Virus record (IMG/VR): IMGVR_UViG_3300050343_000159
Length of the DNA stretch: 64,000 nucleotides
Reading direction: 5' to 3' (one strand)
DNA from: a virus
Lineage: Duplodnaviria > Caudoviricetes
The notes beneath the pieces were generated by a model. That model saw only the letters and a list, made by a program, of their open reading frames with translations, ran no database searches and was not told the DNA's origin. The position numbers and the translations under genes are program-made. Shown here piece by piece: positions 39,994 to 53,674 of the stretch; within the stretch, counting starts at the first letter, position 1, and every line of letters begins with the position of its first letter.

Positions 39994-42769
39994 ATGATTG
40001 ATCGAAACTTTATTCAAAAAACATTTCGTAGGTAGAGATGGTTTCCAATGGTGGATAGGACAGATCCCACCTGAGGAATCATGGCGAGAAAATATAACTG
40101 GAACAGAGACAAGTAATAACAATCGGGCAGCAAAAGGTTTTGGTGAGAGATACCGTGTTCGTATCATGGGGTATCACACTGCCAACGCAGATGATATTCC
40201 TGATGATGAACTGCCATGGGCATATGTGATGTATCCTGTCACTGCCGGTGGTGGTGGTAGAGGTTCATCTCAGAGTGCAAACCTAACACAAGGAACATTT
40301 GTGTTTGGTTGGTTCATGGATGGTGATGATGCACAACTTCCTATCATCATGGGTGTTCTAGGATACAATGATTATACTGCAGTGATGAAGAACATTACTC
40401 CAACTAGGTTTATTCCTTTTGATGGATATCCAGCACAAGATCCAGTGTTTGGTTCAGAAAGATCTACACTTCAAATAAGAAAAGAGTGGTGGTGACTAAT
40501 GATCATTACTCACAGGATAATGCTACTGGAAGCTTTACCAATAATCAATAACATCTAGTGCTCAATGGCAATACATCTGTTACTAAGATGTAGCAGATGC
40601 AAAACCAGAACCAAAAGAACCACTTCCAGTAACATCTGAATGTGATAAGGCACCAACAAATGCCATGATTTCAGTTGAAACTAAGAATGTGATGAAGGAG
40701 ATTCAACGATCAATCAAATGATATATGATGCACAGAGCAGCAATTACAGCTGGTCTTGCAGATGCTCAGGCATATATTGAAAACTTAATTAAAAAGGCAA
40801 CTAATGCAGTTAGTGGAGTGATGAAGTGGATCTTCACTGAGATACAGAAGTTTGTTCTAATAAACTAAACTTTGTTATAAGAAATACATTCTCTATTATT
40901 CCTCCAGATCTAAAAGAGACTCTTAGATTGGCTGTTGAACCGTCAAATGACGTTATGGCTTGTCTTTTCAAAAGACTTATTAATGAACTACCTGGTATGA
41001 TTGGTGGGTTCCTTGGTGATTTGTTTGGTTTACTCTCTAGTGGTGGTAGTATTGATATTGGTCTTGGTATTCCAACTAAGGCTGTAAATCTTCCTCAGTG
41101 TTTCTTAGAAAACTTTATTGGAACAACTATTGGTAATATGCGAGTGTCCTTACAAATGCTGGTCAATGTTGCATTTGATGCTGTTACTGGTATTGTTGGA
41201 GAAGTTGCTGGTATTCACTTGGTGATGTGTATCGGTTTCATAGACAGTATTATTGCATTCCTACAGTGTTTAAAAAACCCCAAATGTCCTACAGTTAAGG
41301 AGTGGAGTATACAAGTTCTGGTGCTAGATAATGGTGGTTCTTTTGATATTGATAGTATCAGCAGTAGGGCTGAGAGTGTAACTGGTTCAGTCACTCAACT
41401 AGGGAAGGTCACTTGATGATATTGATTTCTCTGGTGTATTTGATGAAGTTCAGCATGTGATCTTGGACCAAGGTCTTGTGGTCCTCCAACAATTCAGGTT
41501 ATATTGGTGACTGGAGAAGGTGCAAAATTAATCTAATCATATCTGGTGGTGGTGAGATTATGGGCGCAGATATTATCAGTTCTGGTTTGGTTTCAGTGAT
41601 AGGAAACTTCTTCTCTCAATGTATATGATGATTGTGGATATAGGACAAGGTGGTGTTATTGAACCTGTATTTGGTCCTGTTGATTTCAAACTACAACATT
41701 CTTGGTGGTGATCTTCCTGATGATATCATTGTGAGACCTGAATATGGTACTGTACCTGTTCCTGAAGGTTTTGATAGTTCATTCTCCGCTAACTTTATTG
41801 GTGATCTTGTTTCTGGTTCAAATGTAATTACAAATATACAACCTGGATCTGTTCTTGAAGGTTTAGTACCAGGACTTTCTATAAAATTGATTGGTAATGG
41901 AGGAAGTGTCACACTCTCTGGTACTGCTACAATTACTTCTATTGGATCTATTGTTTTGGATAGACCATTTGAAGGAACTGGTGAAGCTCTTGGTGCTTCC
42001 CTTAATGCTAGTGGTACATCAGTACAAACTGGTATTATAGATGTAATTGTTGTCAATCCTGGTTATGGTTATCTACCATCACCTGATGGATCAAGTGGTG
42101 GAGATGGTAGTATATGGAAACCTGCAGATAATACTATTATAATTGGTGATGGTAGTTTTAATCCTGGAAATGGTTCAAGTAGTGGAGATGATGATGGAAG
42201 ATTTGGTACTGATTATTATCCACCAATTCCACCAGGAAATACTGTACCTATTCCACCAGGAGCAACAGTAACCACACCACCTAACTCAAATCTGACTGAG
42301 GGTTCTGATAATGAAGGAAACGGTGTTGAAATATTACCCGGTTCACCACTGTTCTTCCCTAATGGTGGTAGTATGACTTCACCAACAATTATGGAGGACA
42401 TTGATAAACTTATTGTTCTTTATCCATCAACTTCTTCTTATCCAGTTATCATGTATCTGTGTGAGTTGATTGTTGATAAATCTGGTGTGGATTATCAACC
42501 AACTGATGAGGTTGTAATTGAACCTGATATGGGAGCAACAGCTACACCTAAGTTTGATAGAGTTTGGTAGATTACTTTCTATTAAAGTAACTGCTGGTGG
42601 TGAAGGTTTCAAACAAATCCCTGAGGTTTATATCAAAACTAAAACTGGATTTGGTTCTAAGATTACACCTAAGTTCTGTATAGATAGACTAGGAGAAAAT
42701 GATCTTGAAAGGGAACCAGGTTTGCAGGACAAAGTTATATCTGTTGTTGATTGTGTAGGTGCTGTCTAA
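39994..42769 (+). CDS. gp5-like baseplate hub/spike protein (heavily fragmented)
   Basis: FVGRDGFQWWIGQ, RYRVRIMGYH...DELPWA, FVFGWFMDGDDAQLP OB-fold motifs. Confidence 0.8.
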
Positions 42770-43281
42770 TGTCAGAAACGGAAAAATTATCATACAATTA
42801 GATACGGAACCGCTGAGGGTGAGATCAAGTTTGGACATGTCCATACTGATAATGTAAGACTCAGCAGTGATGTTGAGGAGTGGTCACACCTTACGAACAT
42901 TACATGACCATGGATGGTCCTGGTGGAAAGAAGTTTAGAACACATAGCACAAATTTCAGAGGACCAGGATCTTTCCAAGTTAAACATGGTGAAGGTGTTC
43001 CTGATGAACAACCAGGAATCTACTTGGATGCAGAGAATGGTGATATTGTAATCAGAGCAGCCAATGGTCGTATCAGGATGGAAGCTCTTGATATTGACAT
43101 TAGAGCCACTGGTGGTGATGATAGAGGAAACATTGTCCTTGATGCAAACGATAAAGGTTATTACAATGCTCAAATATTCTTGAATGCAAAAGTGACCGCG
43201 GCTAGGTTTTTCTCTGACAAAACTGTTGAAGTTGTTGGAAATAATGTGTTAAATATGTATGGTGGTTCACCGATGGGCTGA
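42769..43281 (+). CDS. Baseplate spike-associated protein (indels; may extend to about 43410)
   Basis: IRYGTAEGEIKFGH, DAENGDIVIRAANGRIRMEALDIDI beta-helix-like repeats. Confidence 0.55.
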
Positions 43282-43437
43282 TGGTTCTACTGCTGTTGTA
43301 AAGGTTCTAAGAATACAAGTCAAGTACCTGCTACAGGACTATTGCTTGGACTGTTTGGAACAAGTTGGGAACAACAAATGAAACTAGGATGGAGCTCCAG
43401 GTGGTCTTAGTGAGTTATTTACTTTCTTATAATTATC

Positions 43438-43773
43438 ATGAGAATTAATCATCCCGTAGAAGAAGGAAAGAGTTTAGTTTATGGTTCACTAGATGGACCT
43501 GAGAACTCTGTATATTGTAGAGGAAGACTGAAAGGTGGTAAGAAGGTTATCAATCTACCTATTGAGTGGGTTGAACTTGTGAGACCTGGTTCAGTCACAG
43601 TTAGTATTACACCTGTTGGAGCCTTTCAGGATATAATTATCAAAGGTGTAAGTGACAATCAAGTGAAACTAGAGGCTAGACCTGGTGTTCCTATTGATTG
43701 TCATTACTTTATTATTGGCGAAAGACAAGATGTTCCTAGATTGGAGGTAATACAAGATGGCATCGTTACCTGA
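43438..43773 (+). CDS. Stand-alone tail-fibre C-terminal/chaperone-like domain protein
   Basis: HP...LVYGSLDGPENSVYCRG...INLP..W..LV...TVSITP motif. Confidence 0.55.
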   Translation: MRINHPVEEGKSLVYGSLDGPENSVYCRGRLKGGKKVINLPIEWVELVRPGSVTVSITPVGAFQDIIIKGVSDNQVKLEARPGVPIDCHYFIIGERQDVPRLEVIQDGIVT

Positions 43774-44741
43774 CGTATAGGTGTTGGTAAAAGATTATTT
43801 GTTGGTATAGCAGTCCCCCCTGCTGCCAACTTAGGAATTGGACCTGCTGAGATTAGAGGTAGTGCCTTCATTGAAGGACCATTAGATGTTGGTAGTCCTA
43901 TCTTTGCTCCTGGTGAAAGTAATGTGTGTATCAGTAGGTGTATCAATCCTGATGCCATTCCACTACCAATCTCATTGGTTAAGATAAGAAATACTCCACT
44001 AGTTCCAGCACTACCAACTGATGTGATCATTGGTGATCCTGCTGGTCCTGTTGGTGTGACTGTATTCTGTGGTCCTTCATTCTTTACAGTTCAAGCAACA
44101 GCAATAACTTTGTTGGAGGCAGCATATACCAACACGAGTATTTAAAAGACGACATCGCAGCTCTCTATACAGATATTTCAAACAAAGTCTTCGCACTTTT
44201 TAAGTCTGAGATTGGTGTTAATAAAAACATTGCTCTTGACTTAAAGGACTCTCCAGTTATAGGTGCAGCTCCTATGTATGCACCTGATTTTATAACAACA
44301 GGTGCTGCGTCCTTGAATGCACTTTTGCTATGGCCGTCGCGGCGTTAGCTAAGAAGGGATTTGATATTCCACACCCAACCAAGGAAAATCATAGACTGAG
44401 ACATATTTGTCTTGAAGGTCCAGACGCTGAGGTATTCTATCGTGGTAGAATGGAGAATACTACAACCATCAACCTACCAGATTACTGGAGAGAGTTAGTT
44501 GATCCTGATAGTATTGGTGTTCATCTGACACCCATGGGTTCTTATCAAGAACTATATGTTGAGAAGATTGAATGGGGAACTAAAGTGACTGTGAAGAATG
44601 CATCAGGTGGTCCTATCAAGTGTAGTTATGTTGTATTTGGTGAGAGAACTGATGTTGAAAAAATATTCCTGAGTATGAGGCTTAGACAACTAATGACTAT
44701 CCAGGTGATAATAGTGAGTATAGATTGAATGATAATGGATG
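43757..44741 (+). CDS. Virion protein ending in the same GPE/RG domain (fragmented)
   Basis: GKRLFVG..EIRGSAFIEGP N-terminus; FDIPHPTKENHRLRHICLEGPDAEVFYRG C-terminus. Confidence 0.55.
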
Positions 44742-45411
44742 AGTAAAGTTCATGAGATATTTCCTCTGGTTGTTTATCAGGGGAATATTGATTGTCATAG
44801 CGAGTTCAAACAATATACTGATGAACTGAAACAATATTGGTTCAATGGTTATGAGAATGAAAGTCCTGAGTATTCAGGTCGTATCTTCTTACATACAGAA
44901 GAAAAGTATGAACCTTTCTTTGATGATCTAAAAAAGAATATTGATGACTATATGACTCACTTGAATGTGGATCATGAGAAGTTGAGTTACTTTGTATCTA
45001 AATCATGGGTTGGATATCACAATAAAGAAGTGCCTGCACTGAATGTTCATAGTCACAATGAGGCAAATATAAGTTTTGTTTACTACCTCAAGTCAAGTGA
45101 CAACTCAGATAAATTTCTGTGTGTCACAATCTAAAAATGTAAATGAGAATACTGGTGGATTATTTGAGACTAGTAAGCAAAGAAATATAATCAAAGGATT
45201 TAACAAATACAACTGTAACAACTATACTATTACACCACATGAAGGTAGTGTTCTTATCTTTCCAAGTAATGTTCTTCATTCTACTCTGAAGGTGTCAGAA
45301 CAAGAGAATGAAAGAATTGTAATTGCTGGTGATGTAAGAGTGACTTTGAAACCAGAGTATCAAAATTATCATCAAGGGTGCACTCATCCCACAAAGTGGT
45401 TAGAACTGTAA
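44739..45411 (+). CDS. 2OG-Fe(II) oxygenase superfamily protein (indel near 45120)
   Basis: KSWV, HSHNEANISFVYYL, EGSVLIFPSNVLHS, RIVIAG. Confidence 0.8.
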
Positions 45412-45432
45412 ATAAATAACTAAAAACTTATA

Positions 45433-47015
45433 ATGGATGAATTATATACAGATCAAATGTCCAGTGGTGTTTCTGGTATCAGTACAACTGCTAGAAATAC
45501 TGTTGAGCAGGCAAAATTGAAGATTACTGTTAAGTGATAATGAAAAGATTCCATTTGATGAAGCTATCAAGAATGTAGATAGGAACCTGCAAAATATTAT
45601 TGTTGAAACAAACAATACTCTTGAGAAAGTAAGAGATGAATATCAAAAGAGGATTGATGTTCAGAATTGTAGAAGTGATCTCTTCTGGAGAGTAACTGGT
45701 ATTTCTAGTGAATGTTACTAGTGGTGAATTGTCTATCATCTGTGTATGTGTCAAACTATCTCCAACCTATCCTAAGTACTTGAGAATAGTGGCACTAATC
45801 CTCCTATGAGAGATACAGGTGAAGTTGATGATAGTGATGACCCCATACTAGAACCTGCCATTGGATTTTCTACTTCAGCTTTGATGTGGTATACAGGACC
45901 AGTTTCAGTTGGAGGTGGAGTTACTGCAGGAATTACTTCAGTTGCTATGGGTGGTGATGAAACACTAGTCAGTGCTGGTTCTGCATTTGATACTTATCTA
46001 GAACCCGACAACCTCCATGGTCTTCTATTGTATAATGAGCCATATGCTAGAGATATCGGTGATTTATTCGTAGCTACTGGTATTGGAACTATTTCTGCAG
46101 GGTTTAATACACTCACATTATTAACACCTAATCTTAATCTTGGAATTAAACCTGGCATGGTTGTAACACCAAGTAGATTTGGTATTTTTGCAGAAGCTGG
46201 TAATGTTGTTGTTGGTGTAAGTTCTACCACCATGGATCTTAGACCTTATAGTGATGTTATTAGTGTGGGAACTACATCAATATATACTGTTCCACTAATT
46301 ACACTACAAGATCCGTCTGTTTCTGCTGTAACTGCACCAGGCAGTGATGGTAATTATACATATTTTGATTTTAGTAAAGATCCAAACTTAATTAGTGATA
46401 ACCTAGCGGTTGAAATAACTGATCAGGCTTATGTTCCTCAAGTGATCAGTTTAATGGTTTGGTAGTGGTCGTAATTTTGGTAAAGGTGTTAAGATTAAGT
46501 ATATCAATAATGGTGCAAGTTCGGCTCTCAAGAGTGGAATAAGTTTATGGAGGGTGTACCAGATCCTGATCTGTTACCTGATGATATTGTAAATGTTGAG
46601 GAACCAAAGGTTGGTGCTGATAAGATCTATTATCCTGTTGGATTTGGACAGAAACCAATTCTAGCCTTGGTGGAGCTAATGCATCAGAAGGTGATGTCAG
46701 AACATTCCAAGGAACCGCAGGATTTGCTCAACAAGCATACGCATCTCTATCTGCTTGTAATGATAGTGCATCTGAATGCCGCTATTAGTGCTAGAAATAC
46801 TGCAGAAGCTGCATTATCAGGTAGTAACTCATTTCCTGAGAAAGTATCATTGGTTAATTCATCAGGTCAAAGAGAAATGAATCTCAACATTACAATCTGG
46901 GCATATAGAACACATGATTGGTAACTCAGAAAATGAATTCACTGCAAACAATAGTTTTATGAATGAAATTAATAGCTCCCCATATAAAAATCTGATGAAC
47001 ACAGGGACCGAATAG
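45433..47015 (+). CDS. Virion structural protein (fragmented; end approximate)
   Basis: Collinear fragments 45806-46465 and 46547-46924; late-like box AATAAATA upstream. Confidence 0.5.
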
Positions 47016-47084
47016 GAAACTGTCACAAGACCCTCACCACAGGGGTCTGAGTGTGTTATAATACTAAGGTATCAAAAGAACTCT

Positions 47085-47336
47085 ATGACGGACTACAACC
47101 CAGAAGACTTTGAACTTGAAAACGAAGACGATGAGTATCTAACAGATGTCATGGTCAATGTTGGTGCAAGAACCTTTGTTATGTTCTCTAATGAAGGAAC
47201 AGAACGTAAGGTAGAGTGTGATACGGTTGATGAGTTTATGGAAGTCCTGGAGATGGTCAGGGTTCTTGTTGATGATGAGATTGTTAGATACATATCACCA
47301 GTAGTATCAGAACCCACAGGGAAATTGGACTTTTAG
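47085..47336 (+). CDS. Acidic hypothetical protein
   Basis: VNVGARTFVMFSNEG..RKVECDTVDEFM; hairpin and TATAAT upstream. Confidence 0.6.
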   Translation: MTDYNPEDFELENEDDEYLTDVMVNVGARTFVMFSNEGTERKVECDTVDEFMEVLEMVRVLVDDEIVRYISPVVSEPTGKLDF

Positions 47337-47391
47337 TTTCAAAAAAGTCGAATAAAAAATCCCTGGTATTTTTTGACCCCTTTACTTTTTT

Positions 47392-47529
47392 TAAATGAGA
47401 AAAGCAACTAGAGAAGCCATGGAAAACCTTTTCATCGCAAGATGGAATGTTCCTAAAGCTGCCAAACATTGTGGTTTGACAGTAAAAGAACTTAAGATCT
47501 GTTTCCACAACTACGTCGAAACTCATGAT
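47392..47529 (+). CDS. Small HTH-like protein (possible indel at the start)
   Basis: EAMENLFIARWNVPKAAKHCGLTVKELKICF. Confidence 0.45.
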
Positions 47530-47834
47530 GTAACATACATAGAGGAAACTAACACCCAGTTACATCTTTTCTAATGGTAGTAAACCTATGGTATTCGAAA
47601 GACTTAGAATTGTGGAGATGGACACTTACCTCGAATGAAGATAGTTATCTATGCAGGAGAGTGGTAGTCAGAGAGATTTGAGAGATGCTATGGACGATAT
47701 TGCTAACACAATTGAATACCTTCTAAATATATGAAGTGTGAAGGAAGTGCCACTCTGTGGTAATCAAAACCACCTTATAGGTGGTTTCTTTATGCATACT
47801 AAATAAGGTTAATAGAAGTAATTGTGCGAGTAAG

Positions 47835-50800
47835 ATGCCACTCAGTCGCTTAGATAATTTCCTAAAGAACGTTCGTGGTAACATTCTTTATGTAAACCCA
47901 AATGACCTGGATGCCACTGATAGTATTGAGAATCAGGGCAACTCGATGGGTCGCCCGTTCCTTACAATTCAGAGAGCACTTGTAGAAGCAGCTAGATTCT
48001 CATATCAGGTTGGATTAGACAATGATCGTTTTGCAAAGACGACGATCATGTTGTATCCTGCAGAACATGTTATTGATAACAGACCAGGATGGATTCCTGA
48101 TGGCACAAATAACTATCAGTTGAGGGATGGCACTACCTCTTCTGATTTTTCACCTTTTAACTCCACATCAAACTTTGATCTTACTACCACTGATAATGCA
48201 CTCTACAAACTGAACTCTATTCACGGTGGTGTCATTGTTCCCCGTGGTGTTTCGATTGTTGGACAAGATCTGAGAAAGACAAAGATTCGTCCTCTATATG
48301 TTCCCAACCCTGAGAACGATAGTATTGAAAGAACTTCTCTATTCAGACTGACAGGTGGTTGTTACCTGTGGCAGTTCTCGATGTTTGATGCTGATCCAAA
48401 TGGATTAGCATATAAGGACTATACAACTGCTCAGTTTGTTCCTAACTTCTCACACCACAAACTCACTTGTTTTGAGTATGCTGATGGTGCAAATGGTGTC
48501 AATATTGCTGATGACTTTGTAACCTACTCATCTGCCAGAACTGATCTGGATATGTATTATGAGAAGGTTGGTTTGGCCTATGGTTCTGCATCTGGTAGAG
48601 CAATCGAACCTGATTATCCTTCAGGAACACTTGATATTCAAACCAAGGTTGATGAATTCCGTATTGTCGGACCAACTGGTGGTGAAGTTGGTATTACAAG
48701 TATCAAGGCTGGTGATGGTTCTACATCTACTGCTATTGTTACTGCAACAATGTCATCTGGTGTTGCTGGTTTGGATGTAGATACCACATTCATTGTAAAT
48801 GGTGTTGCAGATAGTGATTATAATGGTAGTTATTCTGTTCAGGAAGTTCTGACTAGTAATTCTGATGGTGAAACACTATCATTTACTTATCAAATTCCTG
48901 ATATTCCTGTCGATGCACTTCCTGCTGTAACTGGTGCTACTGTTGCATTGGATACTGATACAGTTACCTCTGCATCTCCATACATCTTTAATATCTCACT
49001 GAGATCAGTGTATGGTATGTGTGGTATGCACGCTGATGGATCAAAAGCCACTGGATTTAAATCCATGGTTGTTGCTCAATTCACTGGTGTATCTCTCCAG
49101 AAGGATGACAATGCATTCCTGAAGTTCAACCAAAGCACAGGTGGATTTGATGATTCCACCACTGTAGATAACCTCCATAGTGATCCTAACGCTATCTACA
49201 AGCCTTCATATTATAACTTCCATATGAAGACATCGAACAACTCTGTAACTCAGCAAGTTTCGATCTTCGCTATTGGTTTTGCACAACAGTTCATCAACGA
49301 ATCTGGTGGTGATACCAGTATTACAAACTCCAACTCTAACTTTGGTCAGAACTCACTGATTTCGAAAGGATTTAGAGAAGAAGCATTTACAAGAGACGAT
49401 GTTGGTTATATTTCACACATTATTCCACCAAGGGAGAGTGTAACACAGAATGTCAATCTAGAATTTAATTCTATTGATGTAGCAAAGACTGTTGGTGTTG
49501 CATCCACTGGTCATCTTTATCTGTATCAGGAGACAAACGAGTCTTCTATTCCTGAAACTGTTATTCAGGGTTACAGAGTTGGTGCTAAAGTAGAATGATA
49601 AGTTGAATGTTATCATCTCACAAGGTGGAACTCCAACTAACTACTTTGCTCGTATCGTGATGCCTGATACAGACAAGAGTTCTGTAAAGGCATACAATAT
49701 TGGTAGAAATGTAGGAACAGGTAATAGTATTGCATCTTCTACTATCACCTTCACTGAGAATCATGGATTTATTAATGGTGAAAGTGTTAGAATTCTGAGT
49801 GATAATGCTAGACTACCTGATGGTCTGGATAACAATAGACTATATTTCGCTATTACTGATGGTGTTGCTGCTAACCAGATTCAACTGGCAACCACACTCA
49901 ATGATTCTCTAGATGGTTCGGAAACCAGTTTCAACAACGCTGGTGGTAACCTGGTAATTGAATCTAGAGTATCTGATAAGATCGCTGGTGATATTGGACA
50001 CCCTGTTCAGTATGACAATACTCAGAATCAGTGGTTTGTTAATGTATCTACTGCTACCACAGAGAATACCATCTATGGAACAGTAGCTTCTCTTGGTGTG
50101 GCTGGTCTTGGAGATGCAACACCAAGAACATTCATCACTAGAAAACCTGATACCAGAAAGAATAACGAGAAGATTTATACATTCAGATATGTAGTTCCTG
50201 CTGGTAGTGGTATTACCTCTGCTCGTGCTCCTAGAGTCAATTATGTTCTTCAGGAATCAAACAAAGTAACTGGTGACAGTAATGTTGAGGTTGCACTTCA
50301 GTATAACCCAAGTTTGGTCACCATGACCAACGAAACTGAGATGAGAAACTTCAGTTTCTTGAGAGAAGCTAATTGGGCTGGTGGTACTTCATATTTCACT
50401 TCTGAACAACCACATGGTTTGATTGAAGGAACACAAATTAGAATCAAGAATGTTCAGTCTAGCAATAATACAACTGGTGTTGCTAACTCAGCATTCAATA
50501 ATAAATTCACAGTTTCTGGTATCTCAAGTGCTAACACCTTCTTTGTAAGTGGTCCTGTAGCTGATCCTGGTTCATTCCAGAACAACACATCACTGAGAAC
50601 CACATCTCTACCTACATTCCAGAGAACACAATCTAAGGATACTTTCTTCATCTATGATGTTAATACTCTAAGAGAGTATGTGACTGGAGAACAAGATGGT
50701 ATCTACTATCTGACTGTTATTGATTCTTCTAACACTCCTGTTGTATCACCATTCAATGATAAGGAACAATTCTCATTCCCATCACCTATCAGAGATCTGT

Positions 50801-53674
50801 ATCCACAGTATGATAGAGATAATCCTCAGTTTGATCCTAATGGTTCTAAGACATATGCCAAACCAACTCCTCTTGGTGAAGTTGTAGTTGATGATCCTAG
50901 AAACAGTATCACCAAAAAGACTATTGATACCGCTTTACTTGACTTTGGTGTGGGTCTTGGTGTTACTGATATTATCTCCAACCCAACAGGAACAGCTCAT
51001 ACCATCTTCACTCAACATGATCATGGATTGAATAGAGCTTCTGTTGTTAGTGTTGCTAGTAGTGGTGCTGGATATGGTAATGGTACTGGATCTATTGAGA
51101 ACCTTTATAACGCAATCCTCGTTAATACAGGAAGTGCAAGAGGAGTAAGTGCTACGGCAAGAATCACAGTAGATGGTTCTGGTAGTATCTCAGGTGTTGA
51201 GGTCATGAACAGTGGTTCTGACTATCAAGTTGGAGATGTTCTGAATATAACTGGAACGGCTACAACTACAGGATTCTCACAAGCAACTGTAACTGTAACA
51301 CAAATCAGTAGTAATGTTGGTGATACAGTTCGTATTTCTGGTATTCAATCTACTTCATATGAAGGATATAACTCACTCTATCGTATTACTGGTATTACTA
51401 CCAATAATGCCTTTGAAGCTTCATCCGTTGTAGCTATCAGTGGAGCTAGTGTAACTGGTGTTGGTGTAACACTTTCTACAAACGCGTTCACTCATGTAAC
51501 TGGTAAGACACTGGATGTTTCATCTATTGTTTATGACAATGTAAGTGGATTTGCAACTGTTGTTACATCTCAAAATCATGGTTTGAGACCTAATAATAAG
51601 ATTGTGTTTGGTGGAGCTGATACTGAACTGGCTAATGGTGATTTCTTGGTTACAGAGATTACCAACCTCACAACATTCACAGCAAATATTGGTATTAGTA
51701 CCCTATCACCAACCATTGGTGGAACTATCAAGGCATATCTTCCTGGATTGACTTCACAAGAAGGTCCAGCTGTCCTATATGGTGAGAACTTTGGTGGTAG
51801 AGTTCAGGATATCTACGCTGGTATTACAACTACACTTTCTTCAGCTGTTTCTTCTTCGTCTGATGATGAAGTTGAAATCCTCAATATTGAAAATCTAGAT
51901 ATTAACATTGGTGATTATCTGAGAATTGATGATGAGGTTCTTAGAGTTAAGAGAACTGTAACTGGAAACCCAGTTCGTGTATTCAGAGGATTGTTTGGAA
52001 CAAGAGCTTCTATACATGACGCTGGTTCTGTTGTAAGAAGAATTAAAGTCAATAGTGTTGAGTTTAGAAGACCTTCTATTGTTAGAGCTTCTGGTCACAC
52101 CTTTGAGTATCAAGGTTATGGACCTGGTAACTACTCAACTGCACTTCCTGACAGACAGGATACTTCACCTACACTGACTGAACAGACACTATCCCAGTCC
52201 TTCAGGTCTGATGGTGGTCTCAGTGTTTACACTGGTATGAATGATAAGGGTGACTACTTTGTTGGTAACAGAAGACTTTCTTCTACTACTGGTAAGGCTG
52301 ACATCTATAATACACCTGTACCAACGGTTACTGGTGAGGATGTTGCATCTGTAGATAGAGATGTAAGTGTTGATATTGTTGAGACATCAGCAGCTGACAT
52401 CACTGGTTCTATCAAGGTTAGTGGTGGTATCAATAATAACTTTGTATCAGAGTTTGATGGTCCTGTTGTACTGAACAAGAAGGTAACTTCTACTTCTGAA
52501 GATGGTTTGGAAGCTGTAAGTCTCTTCCTTCAGGGTGATGCCACTGTTTCTAGAAAATATACAGTTGGTATTTCTACTCCAGTGAACGCTGGAAACCCTG
52601 GTGATGTAGTTTATAACGCTAATCCAACACCTGGTGGTATTCTTGGTTGGAGTTACACCACTGATAATAATTGGAATACCTTCGGTGCTGTATCACTTGA
52701 CCAGTATGGTCAGAGTGTTCTGTTTGATAAGGTTGGTATTGCAACTGATGCACTCGGTGAGATGACCGTATTGGTTGGTTCTGGTTCTACACAGGTATCC
52801 ATTGATGGAACAGGTGGTGTAGGTATTGGAACCACAGCTAATGGATTCAAACTTCATGTCTTTGGTGGAAACATCAGAGGTACATTTGAGGGTGATGGTT
52901 CACAACTTTCTAACCTTGATAGTATCTGGACTAATAACTCCACCAATGAGTGGGCATATACCAAGGACAATCCTGACCTTAAAGTTGGTATTGGAACATC
53001 ACTGGGTGTTACTTCACAACTGAAGATCGCAGGTACAGCTACTACTTCACTGTGGGTCGCCAATGAATCACAATTTGATGGTAAAGTATACTGAACAAAT
53101 GTTGTAATTGGTTCTGGTGTCACACTATCTGTTGGTGATATTGAAACAACTGGTGGTTCATTGAATGTTGGTCTGATGACCGTTCAACTCAACTACATGT
53201 TGGAACTGGTGGAACGATTCTTTCTCCACCGCGTAAATGGTGAGTTTGTTGGTGTTGGTATTGGAACCACAGCAGCTAGAGCATCACTTGACATTGAAGG
53301 ACAACTAGATTTAAATCATATCATGAAATAGCAAAAACTGTTACTAGTGATAGTGGTGTTGTAACTCTGAATCTCTCAGAGGCTCAATCATTCCTTCTCA
53401 CTACTTCTGAAAACATTACTTCCTTCACTCTCACAGGCGGCAGTGATAACTCTACTACAGCATTTACAGTGAAGATTCTTCAAGGTCTACAGCTCGTGGA
53501 GTTGGTATAGATACATTCAGAACAAGTGGTGGTAGTGCAATTCCGGTATATTGGCCAGGTGGTGTTACACCTCCTGTAACACCAACAGCAGCTAAAACTG
53601 ATATCTACTCGTTTATGACTTTTGATGGTGGTGATTCGTTGTTCGGTGTTGTTGGAGGTCAGAACTTCTCATGA
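47835..53674 (+). CDS. Giant virion structural/tail-fibre-like protein (~1900 aa; indels near 49597, 53090 and later)
   Basis: MPLSRLDNFLKN..GNILYV.P...PF.TIQRAL N-terminus; continuous Thr/Ser/Gly-rich fragments; C-terminus DIYSFMTFDGG...GGQNFS. Confidence 0.8.
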
